DNA of 64,000 nt from Eledone cirrhosa (taxonomy: Eukaryota). Each line of letters opens with the position of its first letter. Positions within the stretch are counted from its first letter, which is position 1. Location of the stretch: assembly GCA_964016885.1 (NCBI GenBank), contig OZ024741.1, forward strand, positions 305,164,001 to 305,228,000, in the 5' to 3' direction. Positions 26,940-40,600 of this stretch are shown here, piece by piece. Made by a program: the position numbers and the translations under genes. The notes beneath the pieces are model-generated. The model searched no databases, was not told the origin of the DNA, and saw only the letters and a list, made by a program, of their open reading frames with translations.

Positions 26940-27531
26940 CAGAACAACTAAAATTTTATGAGTAAAAAATATTAAACGGAACACAATGCATAATTGATGC
27001 AAATTTGAATAAAATTGGCCGCAAACTGTAGAAGTTATTGACGTCGATACTTTTTAAAATTTAGTTTTTCTCACACAGGGCCCAAATTAGATAGCAACTC
27101 GAAAAATTGGTTAGTCTAAAATAATGTTTGGTACATGAGGCATAGTTGTTCCAAATTTGAAGAAAATCGGTCGCAAACTGTAGGCGATGTAACGATGCAG
27201 ATTTTTTTCGATTCGTTTTTTCTAGTCCAGGGGGTGCACTAAACAAAATGTTATGAGTCCAAAATAAAGTCGGGAACATAATGCATGTTTGTTCCAAATT
27301 TGAAGGAAATCGGATGTAAACAGTAGAAGTTATTGACAAAAATGATTTTTTTAGTCGGTTTTTCTTTTATAGCGGGCGCAGTAGACACACATTTGAAAAT
27401 GTAATGTGTTCGTACGAAGGTCAGGTGTATAACGCATGTTTGTGCCAAATTTGAAGAAAATCGGTTGCAAGTTGTAGAAGTTATGCGGAAACAGACACAC
27501 ACACACACCTAGTCTATTTTATATATATAGA
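26940..27531 (-). mobile_element. Helitron-like 5' end with ~150-bp internal tandem repeats
   Basis: The - strand starts A|TCTATATATATAAAA..(TG)n; four aaatttgaa.aaaatcgg..gcaaactgtagaagtt units. Confidence 0.55.
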
Positions 27532-27961
27532 TTACAAAGCAATGTCTTTAGTGAAACCCCTATGCTTCAATGGGTCCAAGGACAACCTTTATTTTGCTAT
27601 AGTAAAATATGATAGCAAATTAAAGCATCAGATAATATATCTTGTGCTTATTCCAGCTTTTTGCACTCAGAATTCAAATCCTGTCGAGGCAACTTTGCCT
27701 TTCATCTAATAAAGTACCTGTCGAGAGGGCAATAGATTTGAAAAATTGACTGGGTCTTTAAATGAGATGCCTTGCAATATCTGTTCTGGTAATTTGTGTT
27801 CTGAGTTCAAATTCCTCCTAGGGATTCAAATTACCTAACCAATGAGACCACAACTGATTATGAAAGTGGCAATGGGTGGAATTGTGGTCAAATGATGATG
27901 ATGTTGAAAAATGGCATTTAGTATCACAGTAATTTATTGATTTAATTTTGTTATTGATCAG

Positions 27962-28064
27962 GGGATTATGTGTTGGCTTCAACAGTCTTTGTGCCCTTGC
28001 ATCTGTGAACCACCTTCATTTTCACAGCTATTATCTTGACCACCCGCTACCTGTTAAAGAATGT
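27962..28064 (+). CDS. GDPGP1: GDPGP1 coding exon 6, catalytic HIT-like motif ([34 protein letters not shown])
   Basis: GFNSL...ASVNHLH.H.YYL signature; atcag acceptor and GTAAGT donor; phase compatible with exon 5. Confidence 0.96.
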
Positions 28065-28856
28065 GTAAGTATCTTCTGAACTTTTTTTCTATTGTCAACA
28101 GAGTGTTGCTTTCTTTGCCTGAAGGTCAAGTAGATGAAGGAATGTGCAAGAAATCTGATATTGTAGAACTTGTACTCTTGAGCAATAACTGCAGTGGTTC
28201 TGCAGCAACTGGAGATAAATTAGTTGTTGAATGTGCTTCATCACTTAATGTCTGTTTTTGCATGTTGGCATATATAGTAGAGAAGACACTTTATCTCTAG
28301 TACTAGTGTCTTGATAAAATGCACCCTGTACTCTCAGGTGCACTACAACTCATCAAAAGTGTATGTATAGTACAAACGTCAGGAAAATGAACAGTGCAAG
28401 AGTCCTATGAATTATAGGTACAATTCATGTTGTAGATTGGAGCAACATGAAATAAAGTGTCATGTTCAAGGACACACCACCAGAAATCAAACTCCTAACC
28501 ATACGATCGTGAGATGAACACTCTAACCACGGAGCCATGTGCCTTTATGTTCTACAAAGTGGTCGTGTAGGTGTCATGACAAAAAAGCACCCAGTCCACA
28601 CTGTAAAGTGTTCATGTAGGCGCCTCGATAAAAAGCACCCGGTACTCACTGTAAATGAGGTTGGTGTTAGGAAGGGCATCTAGCTGTAGAAATCAAGCCA
28701 AAATCAGTTCTGTATGAGCAAGACATGGTAACCTGGCATTGCACACAACAGGACAACTCATCTAACCCATGCTACCATGGAAAAATGGATGTAAAACGGT
28801 GGTGATGATGATAATGATATATAATAAAGAAAATAAGATTTTAGTTGTTCCATTAA

Positions 28857-29065
28857 CCCTTTTTAATACCAACCTACCCCAAACCACCAGTTTTAAAAGG
28901 TTCCTATTTAAATTAAAATCTTTAAACATTATTTCAAATAAGAACGCTGTGTGACGTTATATTACAAATACCATCTTGATAATGAAACAATTAATAATTT
29001 TAGTTAATTTCTCCAAATTCTTCATTGAATAATTGAAGTACATTAGGAATATGGACATAAAAGCG
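28857..29065. mobile_element. Decayed TTAA-type MITE next to exon 7
   Basis: TTAA|CCCTTTT ... AAAAGCG|TTAA. Confidence 0.4.
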
Positions 29066-29089
29066 TTAAGTTCCACTTGAATCTTTCAG

Positions 29090-29190
29090 AAAGTCAAACA
29101 TTTAACAGAGAACTTTTATGAGATTTTAGATTGGCCTGCTTTCGGATTTATCTTCCAATTAGAAGGAAATGCTTTGGAGACTTTTATTGA
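29090..29190 (+). CDS. GDPGP1: GDPGP1 coding exon 7 (KVKHLTENFYEILDWPAFGFIFQLEGNALETFI)
   Basis: ctttcag acceptor and GTAAGT donor (phase 2); D.PA.GF.F motif. Confidence 0.9.
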
Positions 29191-30159
29191 GTAAGTATAT
29201 TTCATATTTTTCCTAAGTCTTTTTGAATTTGTAATCTCTCAGTAGATGTTTTTACTATAAAAAGACATTGAACTTGTCACTGGAAATGTTTAAGTTTACA
29301 GGTTCAATCTTTGGTATTTGATGCTTCACTAACAATAACACAGGGCCAATAAGACTAACATCTGCTTTAGCATGGAAAATTGTTTTAAAATGTCTGTTGT
29401 TGTTATTACTTAAAATTTAGAGGGCAACACACAAATGTGTGTGTGCATGTGTGCTGTTGTTGTTGAATCCTAAGTCAGACCTGTTCAAGCAGACTGTTGA
29501 TCAAAAGGGTTCCAGTTATTACCATTGTTTTGGGTTTTTTTTTTCAGGTATAGTGTATCTAAGACTACATTAACCAATATGCTGCTTCTTTAACCTCTTC
29601 AGTGCATAGACGAGATAACTCATCCCAACATGTATGCATTTTACTGAAAAATTTACTGAAAAGAAAACCGGCACAGCAACTATAGCTGTATAAAATATAC
29701 ACGGCAGTCAACTGGTTAAAGAGAGTAGAAATGATTTGAAGGATATTTTGCTAGTAGTAAAGATATGCTCCTGGCAAGCTGAGTGTGTAAATCATTCAAA
29801 ATTTTGGTTGAATCCATATATTTCAAGTAACTTTTACATGTGCATGTTTTTAAAAAAAGTATGCAAGTAACAAATTGATATATCCTTTTCCTTGTGAAAG
29901 AGGGCTCTGTGTATCTAGCTTGGAGTAGGTACACCGTATCCCCATGTCAAAAGAGCTACCTAAAAGACCTGACACCAAGAAAGGTATCTGAATATAAAAC
30001 AGTACCTCAAAAAGGACCCCATGATGAGTATGAAGCTTGTCATGGGGCCTGCAAATCTAATCACTGATTTAGCAAGGAAAATGGCCTTAAAACTCTTGCT
30101 GTTGTGTTGCTTTTCCTTATGAAATAGGTATATCAATATTTTGATTTTTGTTTTTTCAG

Positions 30160-30305
30160 TAATGTTCTTAAAGTGACAGAATATTTTCAAAAAGAAGAAA
30201 TTGCACACAATATTATGATTTCTAGGGGAACGAAATATGGTCAGCATCACACAGAAAATAGCAATTCTGTTCATTTGTATTTATGGCCCAGAATAAAGTT
30301 CCAAG
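30160..30305 (+). CDS. GDPGP1: GDPGP1 coding exon 8 (NVLKVTEYFQKEEIAHNIMISRG...LYLWPRIKFQ)
   Basis: ttttcag acceptor and AG|GTATCT donor; EIAHN...RG and LW.R motifs; phase 2 to 1. Confidence 0.92.
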
Positions 30306-30379
30306 GTATCTAAAATCTTTGATAACTCTAATGTCTATTCACTTATGTAGATTCTTTTACTGGTTTCAATCATTAGTGA

Positions 30380-30640
30380 TGTGGCCTGGTGGTAAAGGTG
30401 TTGGACTTATGATCATAATGTTGTGGGTTTGGTTTCTGGGCTGGGTTGTGTGTTGCGTTCTTGATAAAAACACTTCATTTCATGTTGCTCCAGTATACTC
30501 AGTTGCAAATGAGTACCAGCAATAGCTGGGGTTTTAACCCAGTGATGGACTGGCATCCTGTCCAGGGGAAAGTCTTGTACTCTCAGTTGCTTCATGCCAT
30601 GAAACCAGGATAAGCACCAGCCTGACAAGCCTCTTGGCTT
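30380..30640 (+). mobile_element. Decayed tRNA-SINE
   Basis: A box tggcctggtgg, ttcttgataaaaacacttcatttcatgttgctccagt core, gatggactggcatcctgtccaggg. Confidence 0.6.
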
Positions 30641-33600
30641 GAGACATGCTGTAAAGTGATTGTGCTGGTGACATGACAAAAAAGGAATCAGTTCACCCTG
30701 TAAAGTGGTCATGCTGGTGACATGATAAAAAAGTACCCAGTCCAACCTGTCAGCTGGTTGTTTTGGAGCCACGATAAAAATCACCCAGTATCTCAGTGTT
30801 ACTCCTGCTATAGTCAGGCATTGCATCTGAAAAGAGGGAAGATATTTTTATCCTCGTTCTTAAGAGATGCAACTTCATTACTATATCATCATCATCATTG
30901 TTTTTATGTCCATTTTTCCACACTTGCATAGGTTGGATGGGTTCTTCTCAGCACGGCATTTCTCCAATCATTGCGATCCTTTGTCATCTCCTCTGAGTCT
31001 TAGTGATTTGAGGTCAGCTTGTAGTGAACAGATAAATCAGTAAATTTACCCGCGTTGATCCCTGATGCACTAACTCACCTCACCTAAATATTAGCCAATC
31101 AACAATCCGATACAGCTATCTATCGGATGAGTAATGCATTGTGCCAAAAACCGAAAGCAATCAGTTCAGCAAATAGTTTCAGACCAGAAACACGTAATAA
31201 TTTGCTGTCCTCAACATGTGACACGTGGTGCAAAATATGGCTAACCCGAGAGTGCTATGTTTAATCTACCAACTGGATATTAGACATCCATAATGTCTTG
31301 ACAACCAGTAGAGGAAACATTATATTATCCGCAAACACCCTTGTACTCTTTTCAAGTTCAATTGTATTCTGCTTGTTCACATTCACAAACACGATTGAAA
31401 AATATGTTCTTCGATAAATAAATGTTTTGTGTTCATACTATTGTGACTAGCGTTGTTGTTCCACGAACACCACGAATTGCCGAACAGTTAACTGCAAGTT
31501 CACCACTAAAAGCTCTCACAAACTCTACTCAGGTCTTTCTTGGTCTACCTCTACTGTGGCTTTCTGCTACTTCTTCATCCAACAATCATTGTGCATGCAC
31601 ATCACATGTCCATACCAATGCAGTCTTTTCTCCTGCACACCACCTTGGATTCCTCTTAAACTCAGCTTCTCCCTCAACTCTACCTTTCTCTCACACTTAC
31701 ATATGTGGCAATAATTGTTTCTACTTTAGGCACAAGGCCACCAATTACCCAGTGCATTACTGGTACTTTATTTTATCGACCCCGTAAGGATGAAAGGCAA
31801 AGTCAACCTCGGCGGGATTGCTACATCATTATTGCACATCATTATTGCACATCATTATTGCACATCATTATTGCACATCATTATTGCTACATATGTGGCA
31901 ATAATGATGTGTAATTACGATACATATACATGGATTAGACTATTAGCCTCATTTCTTTTTCTGTTGCCATTTGTTCTATATTTTCATCTGTATATATTAA
32001 TATATTATCATGGGTTAGACGAGCTGTCCCATTGTGAGACAAGCCAAGTCAGATTATCACGTCTTGTTCATACAGAACTAATTTTGGCTTGGTTTCTAAG
32101 GCCGGATGCCCTTCCTAACAGCAACCACATTTATAGTGTGTACTGGGAGCTTTTTCTCATGACACCTACACGACCGCTTTACAGTGTGGACTCTGTGCTT
32201 TTGGGATTATATTTTCACCAGCATTACCATCATCATTATCATCATTTAACATCCATTTTTCAAAGCTGGCATGTGTTGTAAGAGTAATCACAGACCAAAT
32301 CAGTACTTAATCAGAGCTACTGTTTTCCCAAACAGGCTGGGGGCTACATCATTTTTTCATGCAGAGTGTATGAGCAAAATGACATTACCTTATGACAGCA
32401 CATTCAACCCCTGCATGCATGGAAATAAATCCAGCATAATTTAAAATAAAATCTGTATGTTAAGTTACTACTCTGGTAATGAAATAATTAATAATATTAG
32501 TAAATCCCTCAAACTTTTTCATTAATTACTGTATTTCCTGGCATTGAAGACATTATTTTTTTCTTAAAATAAGTCTTGAAAATCTACCATGCATCTTGGA
32601 GACCAAAAGTTGTGTTTCTCATAGGCATATCCAAACTCCAGAGGAAAATCATCTATCTCATCAGTAATCTGAACTCCTGTATATGACCCGTCAATGAAGT
32701 GTATAAATAGTTATAGTAACTTATAGTGATAAATAGACAAAATATCATTAAAAATTAAGTAACAAGACTCAAATTGCTGGGACCTTATTTTTATGTTTAT
32801 TATTGCTTTTCAAATTTTGGGTTGTCAAAATTGGGCTGCATCCTTGAGGGCGAAGCATCTTCAATAATGGGAACTATGGCAATTAAGATTAAATGTATTT
32901 CATTAGAAATATGGCCATGCAAAGGTTTATACTGTTTTCCCATGGTAGCATTAAAAGAATTCATACTACTTCACTTATAACTCATTTCAAAAATAGGTTA
33001 GCCATTATTGAAATGCTTTCTTTCTCTCTCTCCGCATCATTTACACATGGTAAATTCTGTAGAATATGGGTGATGTCAACACATTAAATTCTCTTCTAAC
33101 TGTTCTAGTTGATATGCTAAGTAAAATTCCATTGTCCTATGATTTCTATATTTCAATTCACACTCATACATACCTATTTAATAGTTTAGACTGTTTTTGT
33201 ATTATTTCAAAATATGTTCTCTAAACACCATTACTTAATTTGTTTTGAATGATGTTTCTCAGTAAAGTATTATTTATTTTGAAACAAATAAATATTTACA
33301 TAACACCGTAACATCATACAAGCATTGTCATTATAAATTTAGATTTAATATTAAAAATATTAATGCTTCTAACACATTATTATTGTGTTATTTATAAACT
33401 TGAGGTGGTTGATTGAACTGCGTAGTTAGAACATTGGAAGTTTGTTCCAGTTCTCTGTGCTCTGAATTCTAATCCTGCTGAAGTCCACTTTATCTTTCAT
33501 AATTTCAAGGGTCAATAAAGAAAGTACCAGCCCATCTATAGACCTATCTGTCTGCCTGTTTGCCTGCTTATCTATCTGTCTGTTTGTCTATCTATCTGCC

Positions 33601-33897
33601 TGTCTGTCTATCTATCTATCTATCTATCTATCTGTCTATCTATTTATCTACCTATCTATCTATCTATCTATTTGTCTGTCTGTCTGTAATATATATATAT
33701 ATATATATATATACCACCCTGCCTGCCTATCTGTCTGTCTGTCCATCTATCTGTCCCATCCCTCCCACTCTCCATCTTACTTTTTATCAAAATGTTCAGT
33801 TAAATTTAAAATAGCAATGTATATATAAAGAACGAGGAACATTTCCACCACTGTAACTCATACTATTTTATATATTGTTGCACTTTTCCTTAACCAG

Positions 33898-33963
33898 GTG
33901 CCAAAAATTGGGACTGTTTTAACGTAGCACTTGCAGAACTCTCTGGACATTTGCCCATTAAAG
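33898..33963 (+). CDS. GDPGP1: GDPGP1 coding exon 9 (AKNWDCFNVALAELSGHLPIK)
   Basis: aaccag acceptor and GTAAGA donor; FNVAL.EL.GHLP.K motif. Confidence 0.94.
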
Positions 33964-34362
33964 GTAAGAGGTTCGTTTTTGAAAAGGACACACCACAAAC
34001 CTATCAAGTGCATTTTAGCCAATCAGAAATACACAAAAACAGATGAATGATATTGTGTGTTTCTAAATGGCTAAAATGATTCCTTGATGCAGTAATTGTT
34101 TTAGTTTCAACTGGTGATAGGAAAGGCATCCAGCCTTAGAAAAAATTCCCCTATGAGCTTCAATCAGCTCCTGCAGCTGTGCGCAGGCATAAGACAATAT
34201 ACATCTCTATATATATGTATTTATATAAGAGTGTGTTTTTACCTTGGTTTTACATATAGTGCTTTCACTCGGTATTCTTGCCTCTCTCACTATATCTCCA
34301 TTTTTAAGACTATATGTTTGTTCTAATTATCGCGTTCCGTAGTTTAAGATATATATATATTT

Positions 34363-36563
34363 AAGGAAGAGCAATTAGAGACGTACAGTATAGAGGAACA
34401 GTGGGAATTCCTGAAAGTTAACCTGCTGAAGGCGACAGATGAAATCTGTGGCTGGAGCAGACCTATAGGCAGGAGGAGAGTAACATGGTGGTGGAACAGT
34501 AACGTGGAGGAGTCAATCAAGGCCAAAAAGCAAGCTTGGAAAGTATGGTGGGATGGAGGAAGTAGAGAAGACTATCAAGTGGCCAGGAGGAAAGTTAGGA
34601 GACAAGTGTACCTTGCAAGAAGAGAAGCAGAGGAAAGAAAGTTCAAGCATGTTCTACAACGCGAGGACCAAAAACGTGAGGTGTTCAGGATTGCTAGACA
34701 ATGTGTCAAGGAAAACTGTGATATTGTCGGGGAGAAGTATGTCCGTAATGATGATGGTATACTTGCTATCACTGATACTGATAAGAAGGTAGCTTGGAAG
34801 TGTCACTACGAGAGGCTACTAAATGAGAAGAATAAGTGGGAAAAAGATAGTCTGCCCCAAATCGATCCAATAGAGGGACAAGCAGTGCAAGTTGAAGGTA
34901 GTATAATAAGTAAGGCAATCAAAGATATGAAGACAGGCAAAGCAGCTGGGCCTTCGGAAATAGTTGCTGAAATGCTGAAAGCATCTGGATTGGTGGCACA
35001 CACTATCGTCACCCGGATAGTAAACCAAGTTATATCAAATGACTGGCGTAGCAGTATCATCATTAACTGCTACAAGGGTAAAGGAGATGCCCTAGATAGG
35101 GGAAACTATAGAGGCATTGAATTAATTGACCAGGTCATGAAGGGCACAGAAAAAGTTATAGCGCAACTAATCAGAGAGCGAATTGATCTAGATGAAATGC
35201 TGTTTGGGTTTGTGTCGAGTAAAAGTACCACAGACGCTCTTTTCCTTGTACAACAACTACAGGAGAAGTACCCTCTAAAAGTAAACCCCTATACTTAGCT
35301 TTTGTTGACTTGGAGAAAGCCTTTGACAGAGTCCCCCACTCCATTATCTGGTGGGCTCTTAGAAAACTAGGTCTTGATGAATTTCTGGAGAGCTATACAA
35401 GCCATGTATAAAGAAACAGTCAGCAAGGTTAGAATTAACAACAAATATAGTGAAAAATTTAGCGTAAAAGTTGGTGTTCATCAGGGCTCTGTCCTTAGCC
35501 CACTCTTATTTATTATTGCCCTTCAGGCTATAACAGAGGAGTTCAAGACCGGCTGCCCATGGGAACTTCTATAGGCAGACGACCTAACACTCATAGCTGA
35601 ATCAATGGCTGAACTAGAGAAGAAATTCCAAACTTGGAAGCATGGCCTAGAATCAAAAGGCCTTAAAATTAACTTGTCTAAGACTAAAGTTCTAGTATGT
35701 AGGAAGGAAAAAAGGGCACTGGTCCCCTCTGGGAAATGGCCATGCTCAGTGTGTAGGAAAGGAGTAGGCAGAAACTCCATTTTATGTCCCAAATGCAAAG
35801 TATGGGTGCATAAAAGATGTAGTGGGATCACAGGTAAGCTAACTAAGAACATAGATTTTACATGTGGCCGGTGCTCAGGTGCAATAAGTAGTAGCAAGTG
35901 CCCACAGGATACTAGCTGCTTCCAGTGCCCAGATGGTTCTATAGAAATAGCGGACACCTTCTGTTACCTGGGTGACAAAATCAGCAGTGGTGGGGGGTGC
36001 TCTGAAAGTACAGTAGCTAGAGTCAGAACGGGATGGAAAAAGTTCAGAGAGCTTATACCACTATTGGCCGCTAAAGGTTTCTCTCTAAAAATGCAAAGCA
36101 GACTGTATGATGCCTGCATACTAACAGCAATGTTACATGGCAGTGAGACATGGGCATTGTGTGCAGAGGATCTGCGCAGACTAGGAAGGAATGAAGCTTG
36201 CATGGTCCGTTGGATGTGTAATAGTAATATACGTGAACGGCAAAGCATAAATGAATTAAGGGAGAAATTAGGAATAAGAGGGATCAGATGCTGTTTACTC
36301 GAGAGAAGACTACGTTGGTATGGTCACGTGATGCACATGAAAGACGACAGCTGTATAAAAAAGTGCAGGGCGATCAAAATAGATGGAAGCTACGGAGTAG
36401 GCAGACTCAGAAAAACCTGGGATGATTTGATAAATTCCGACCTTACACACTTACAACTCTCCAAGACAATGTCACTAGTCTGAGATCTTTGGCGCTACAC
36501 AGTAATAGAGAAGACCCGCCTTGCCTAGGTACAAAGCGATACCTACAGTCAGTAGGCACCTCT
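34363..36563 (+). mobile_element. RTE family A, truncated and frameshifted
   Basis: TWWWN...NYRGI...GVHQGS...PHD-like insert...RRLRWYGHV, with stops and frameshifts. Confidence 0.93.
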
Positions 36564-36610
36564 TAACCAAAAATACTTTCAAACGTTCAATCGATTGACA
36601 GGAAGGTATA

Positions 36611-36651
36611 CGGTGCTGATGACAGCTAAGAAGCTAGAAACTAGTTCATTG
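36611..36651 (+). ncRNA. Minimal type I hammerhead ribozyme
   Basis: CGGTG-CTGATGA-cAGCT aaga AGCTa-GAAA-CTAG-TT-CATTG; predicted cleavage after 36646. Confidence 0.7.
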
Positions 36652-37041
36652 TTCCTTTGTCAGTGTTGAACAAAAGGGCAACGATGGTTGCCGAACACTG
36701 TATCGCTTAATTTGGGCTGTTTGTTTACAAACAAATTGAACATGATCATAAATGTTCGGTAAACCCATATGTACATATATATATGTGTACATGTATGTAT
36801 GTATATACATACTACTGTACGTCTGTATACATATATGTATGTATGTATACATACTTATATTTAAATATCAGCCGTACTAAGAGTGCAAAATGAAATTTCA
36901 ATTTCATTTTTTTCCATTTATTGTTTTTGGTACGCACGGCCGACTAACTCACTCGATATGCCAATTAGACTACTCAGCCGTTAATATGCATAAGGAAAGT
37001 ATATACTTTCAAACGTTCAATCAATTGACAGGAAGGTATAA

Positions 37042-37080
37042 GGTGCTGATGACAGCTAAGAAGCTAGAAACTAGTTCATC
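37042..37080 (+). ncRNA. Minimal type I hammerhead ribozyme (second unit)
   Basis: GGTG-CTGATGA-cAGCT aaga AGCTa-GAAA-CTAG-TT-CATC; predicted cleavage after 37076. Confidence 0.7.
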
Positions 37081-37275
37081 GTTCCTTTGTCAGTGTTGAA
37101 CAAAAGGGCAACGATGGTTGCCGAACACTATATGGCTTAATTCGGGCTGTTTATTTACAAACAAACCCATACGTACATATATATATGTGTACATGTATGT
37201 ATATACATACTACTGTACGTCTGTATACATATATGTATGTACGTATACATACTTATATTTAAGTATCAGCCGTAC

Positions 37276-37310
<35 letters not shown>

Positions 37311-37371
37311 CATTTCATCATTTCATTTTTGAAATGTATATATATTCATATATATATGTATATATATATGA

Positions 37372-37408
<37 letters not shown>

Positions 37409-37448
37409 TATGTATATATATATGTATATATATATGTATATATATATG

Positions 37449-37479
<31 letters not shown>

Positions 37480-37654
37480 GTATGTATATATGTATATATA
37501 TGTATATATGTATATATATATATGTATGTATATATGTATATATATGTATATATGTATATATATATATATATGTATATATATGTATATATATATGTATATG
37601 TATATATATATGTATATATATATATATGTATGTATGTGTATATATATATATATG

Positions 37655-37697
<43 letters not shown>

Positions 37698-37699
37698 AT

Positions 37700-40600
37700 C
37701 ATCATCATCATCGTTTAATGTCCGTGTTCCATGCTTGCATGGGTTTGGACGGAGGGTTTTCCCACTTGAGGCAAGAGTGGTTATCTTGCTCGCATAGGAC
37801 TGTCTGGCGGGTTTTCTACAGCTGGATGCCCTTCCTAACACCAACCACATTTACAGTGTGGGGCTGGGAGGTTTTTACCGTGTTGCCTACACGGCCACAT
37901 TACAGCGTGAACTGTGTGTTTTTTGACGTGACACCTACACGATCTCATTTGTTTCGGCCTGGATGTTGTGGCACCAACATAACTTTACAATGAAAGGGGC
38001 GGTGTGGATGGGGTGGGGGTGGTGGGACGGGGGTGTATTTTGTTAGAGATGCCTACTGACTGTAGTAGGTTTTACTATGTATTTACTTTGCACTTTGTTA
38101 TACAGCTATCGTCCTTCATGTGCATCACGTGACCATACCAACGTAGCCTTCTCTCGAGTAAACAACATCTGATCCCTCTTATTTCTAATTTTTTCCTTAG
38201 TTCGTTTATGCTTTGCCGTTCACGTATATTACTATTACACATCCAGCGGAGCATGCAAGCTTCGTTTCTCTCTAGTCTGCTTATATCCTCTGCACACAAT
38301 GCCCAGGTCTCACTGCCATGCAACATTGCTGTTCGTATGCAGGCATCGTACAACCTGCCTTTCATTTTTAGGGAGAACCCTTTAGCGGCTAATAGTGGTA
38401 TAAGCTCTCTGAACTTTTTCCATCCAGTTCTGACTCTAGCTACTGTACTTTCAGAGCACCCTCCCCCACTGCTGATTTTGTCACCCAGGTAACGGAAGCT
38501 GTCCACTATTTCTATAGAACCCTCTGCGCAGTTGAAAGAGCTAGTATTTTTTGGGTACTTGCTGCTACTTATTGCCCCAGAACACCGGCCACATGTAAAA
38601 TCTATGTTCTTAGTTAGCTTACCTGTGATCCCACTACATCTTTTATGCACCCATACTTTGCATTTGGGACATAAAATGGAGTTTCTACCTACGCCTTTCC
38701 TACACACTGAGCATGGCCACTTCCCGGAGGGGACCGCCGCCCTATTTTCTTTCTTACAAACTAGAACTTTAGTCTTAGCCAGGTTAATTTTAAGGCCTTT
38801 TGATTCTAGGCCGTGCTTCCATGTTTGGAATTTCTTCTCTAGCTTGGCCATTGATTCAGCTATGAGCGTTAGATCATCTGCGTATAGGAGTTCCCATGGG
38901 CAGCCGGTCTTGAACTCCACTGTTATAGCCTGGAGGGCAATAATAAATAGTAGGGGGCTAAGAACAGAGCCCTGATGAACACCAACTTTTACACTAAACT
39001 CTTCACTATATTCGTTGTTAATTCTAACCTTGCTGACTGTTTCTTTATACATGGCTTGTATAGCTCTCACAAGCCATTCATCAACACCTAGTTTTCTAAG
39101 AGCCCACCAGATAATGGAACGGGGAACTCTGTCGAAGGCTTTCTCCAAGTCGACGAAAGCTAAGTATAGGGGTTTACTTTTAGCTAGGTACTTCTCCTGT
39201 AGTTGTCGTACAATGAAAAGAGCGTCTGTGGTACTTTTTCCTGACACAAACCCGAACTGCATTTCATTTAGATCAATTCGCTCTCTGATTGGTTGCGCTA
39301 TTACTTTTTACGTGACCTTCATGACCTGGTCGATTAATTTAATGCCTCTATAGTTACTCCTATCTAGGGCATCTCCTTTACCCTTATAACATTTAACGAT
39401 GATGCTGCTACGCCAGTCCTTCGGAACAACCCCATTCTGTATGACTTGGTTGACTATCCGGGTGACCATGGTGTGTCCCACCGTACCAGATGCCTTCAGC
39501 ATCTCGGCAACTATTTCCGAAGGCCCAGCCGCCTTACCCGTCTTCATATCTTTGATTGCCTTACTTATTATACTCCCCTCGACTAACACTGCTGGTCCCT
39601 CTATTGGGTCGATGTGGGGGAGACTGTCTTTCTCCCATTTATTCTCCTCATTTAGTAGCCTTTCATATTGACACTTCCAAGCTACCTTCTTATCAGCGTC
39701 GGTGATGGCAAGTTCGCCATCATCATTAAGTACACACTTCTCCCCGACAATATCACTGTTTTCCTTGACACATTGCCTAGCAATCCTGAACACCTCACGT
39801 TTTTGGTCCTCGCATTGTAGAACATGCTTGAACTTTCTTTCCTCTGCTTCCCTTCTTGCGAAGTACACTTGTCTCCTAGCTTCCCTCCTGGCCACTTGAT
39901 AGTCTTCTCTGCTTCCCCCATCCTGCCATACTTTCCAAGCCTGCTTTTTGGCCTTAATTGACCCCTCCACCTTACTGTTCCACCACCATGTTACTCCCCT
40001 CCTGCCTACAGGCCTGCTCCAGCCACAGACTTCGTCTGCCACCATCAGCAGGTTTGCTTTCAGGAATTCCTACTCCTCCTCTATATTGTACGACTCTAAT
40101 TGCTCTTCCTTACTGTCGAAAGCATCAAGTAATATGCTTTGAAATTTATTTCTGGCTGTGGGGTCCTTTAGCTTCCATATTTTTCTCCTGAGGATAGTCC
40201 TCTTCTGCTGTCGAGTACGTCTCGTCCTGACTATTAGGTCGCTAATTATCAGTCTATGTTGGGAGGTGCATTCTTCATGGGGGAGGGATTTAGTGTTTAC
40301 AACAGTCACTCTGTCACGTCTTCTGGTAAGGATATAATCTACCTGGCTGGTATGTTCCCCTGATCTTTAGGTGATCAAGTGATTGTCTCGTTTTTTTGAA
40401 GTTAGTGTTACAGATAGTTAGGTTATTTGCGTCACAGAATTCCAGGATTCTGGAGCCTTCCTCATTTCTAGTACCAAACCCATAGCCTCCATGGATTTCG
40501 TCGTAGCCGTCACAATGTTGTCCAACGTGCCCATTTAGGTCGCCTGCAATAATTAAATAGTCACTGTCGGTTATTTGGGAGGTAGTGAGCATCAGTGTCT

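Larger units (their letters stand above)
36572..37277 (+). repeat. ~430-bp tandem repeat (1.6 units), one hammerhead per unit (candidate retrozyme)
   Basis: 36591 onward recurs at 37021 onward (offset 430); a related array lies at 62840-63340. Confidence 0.8.

Noticed and set aside
31021-31510. Insert splitting an old RTE 3' end, possible MITE
   Set aside because: Terminal repeats (GTAGTGAAC / GTTCACCAC) too weak to classify.
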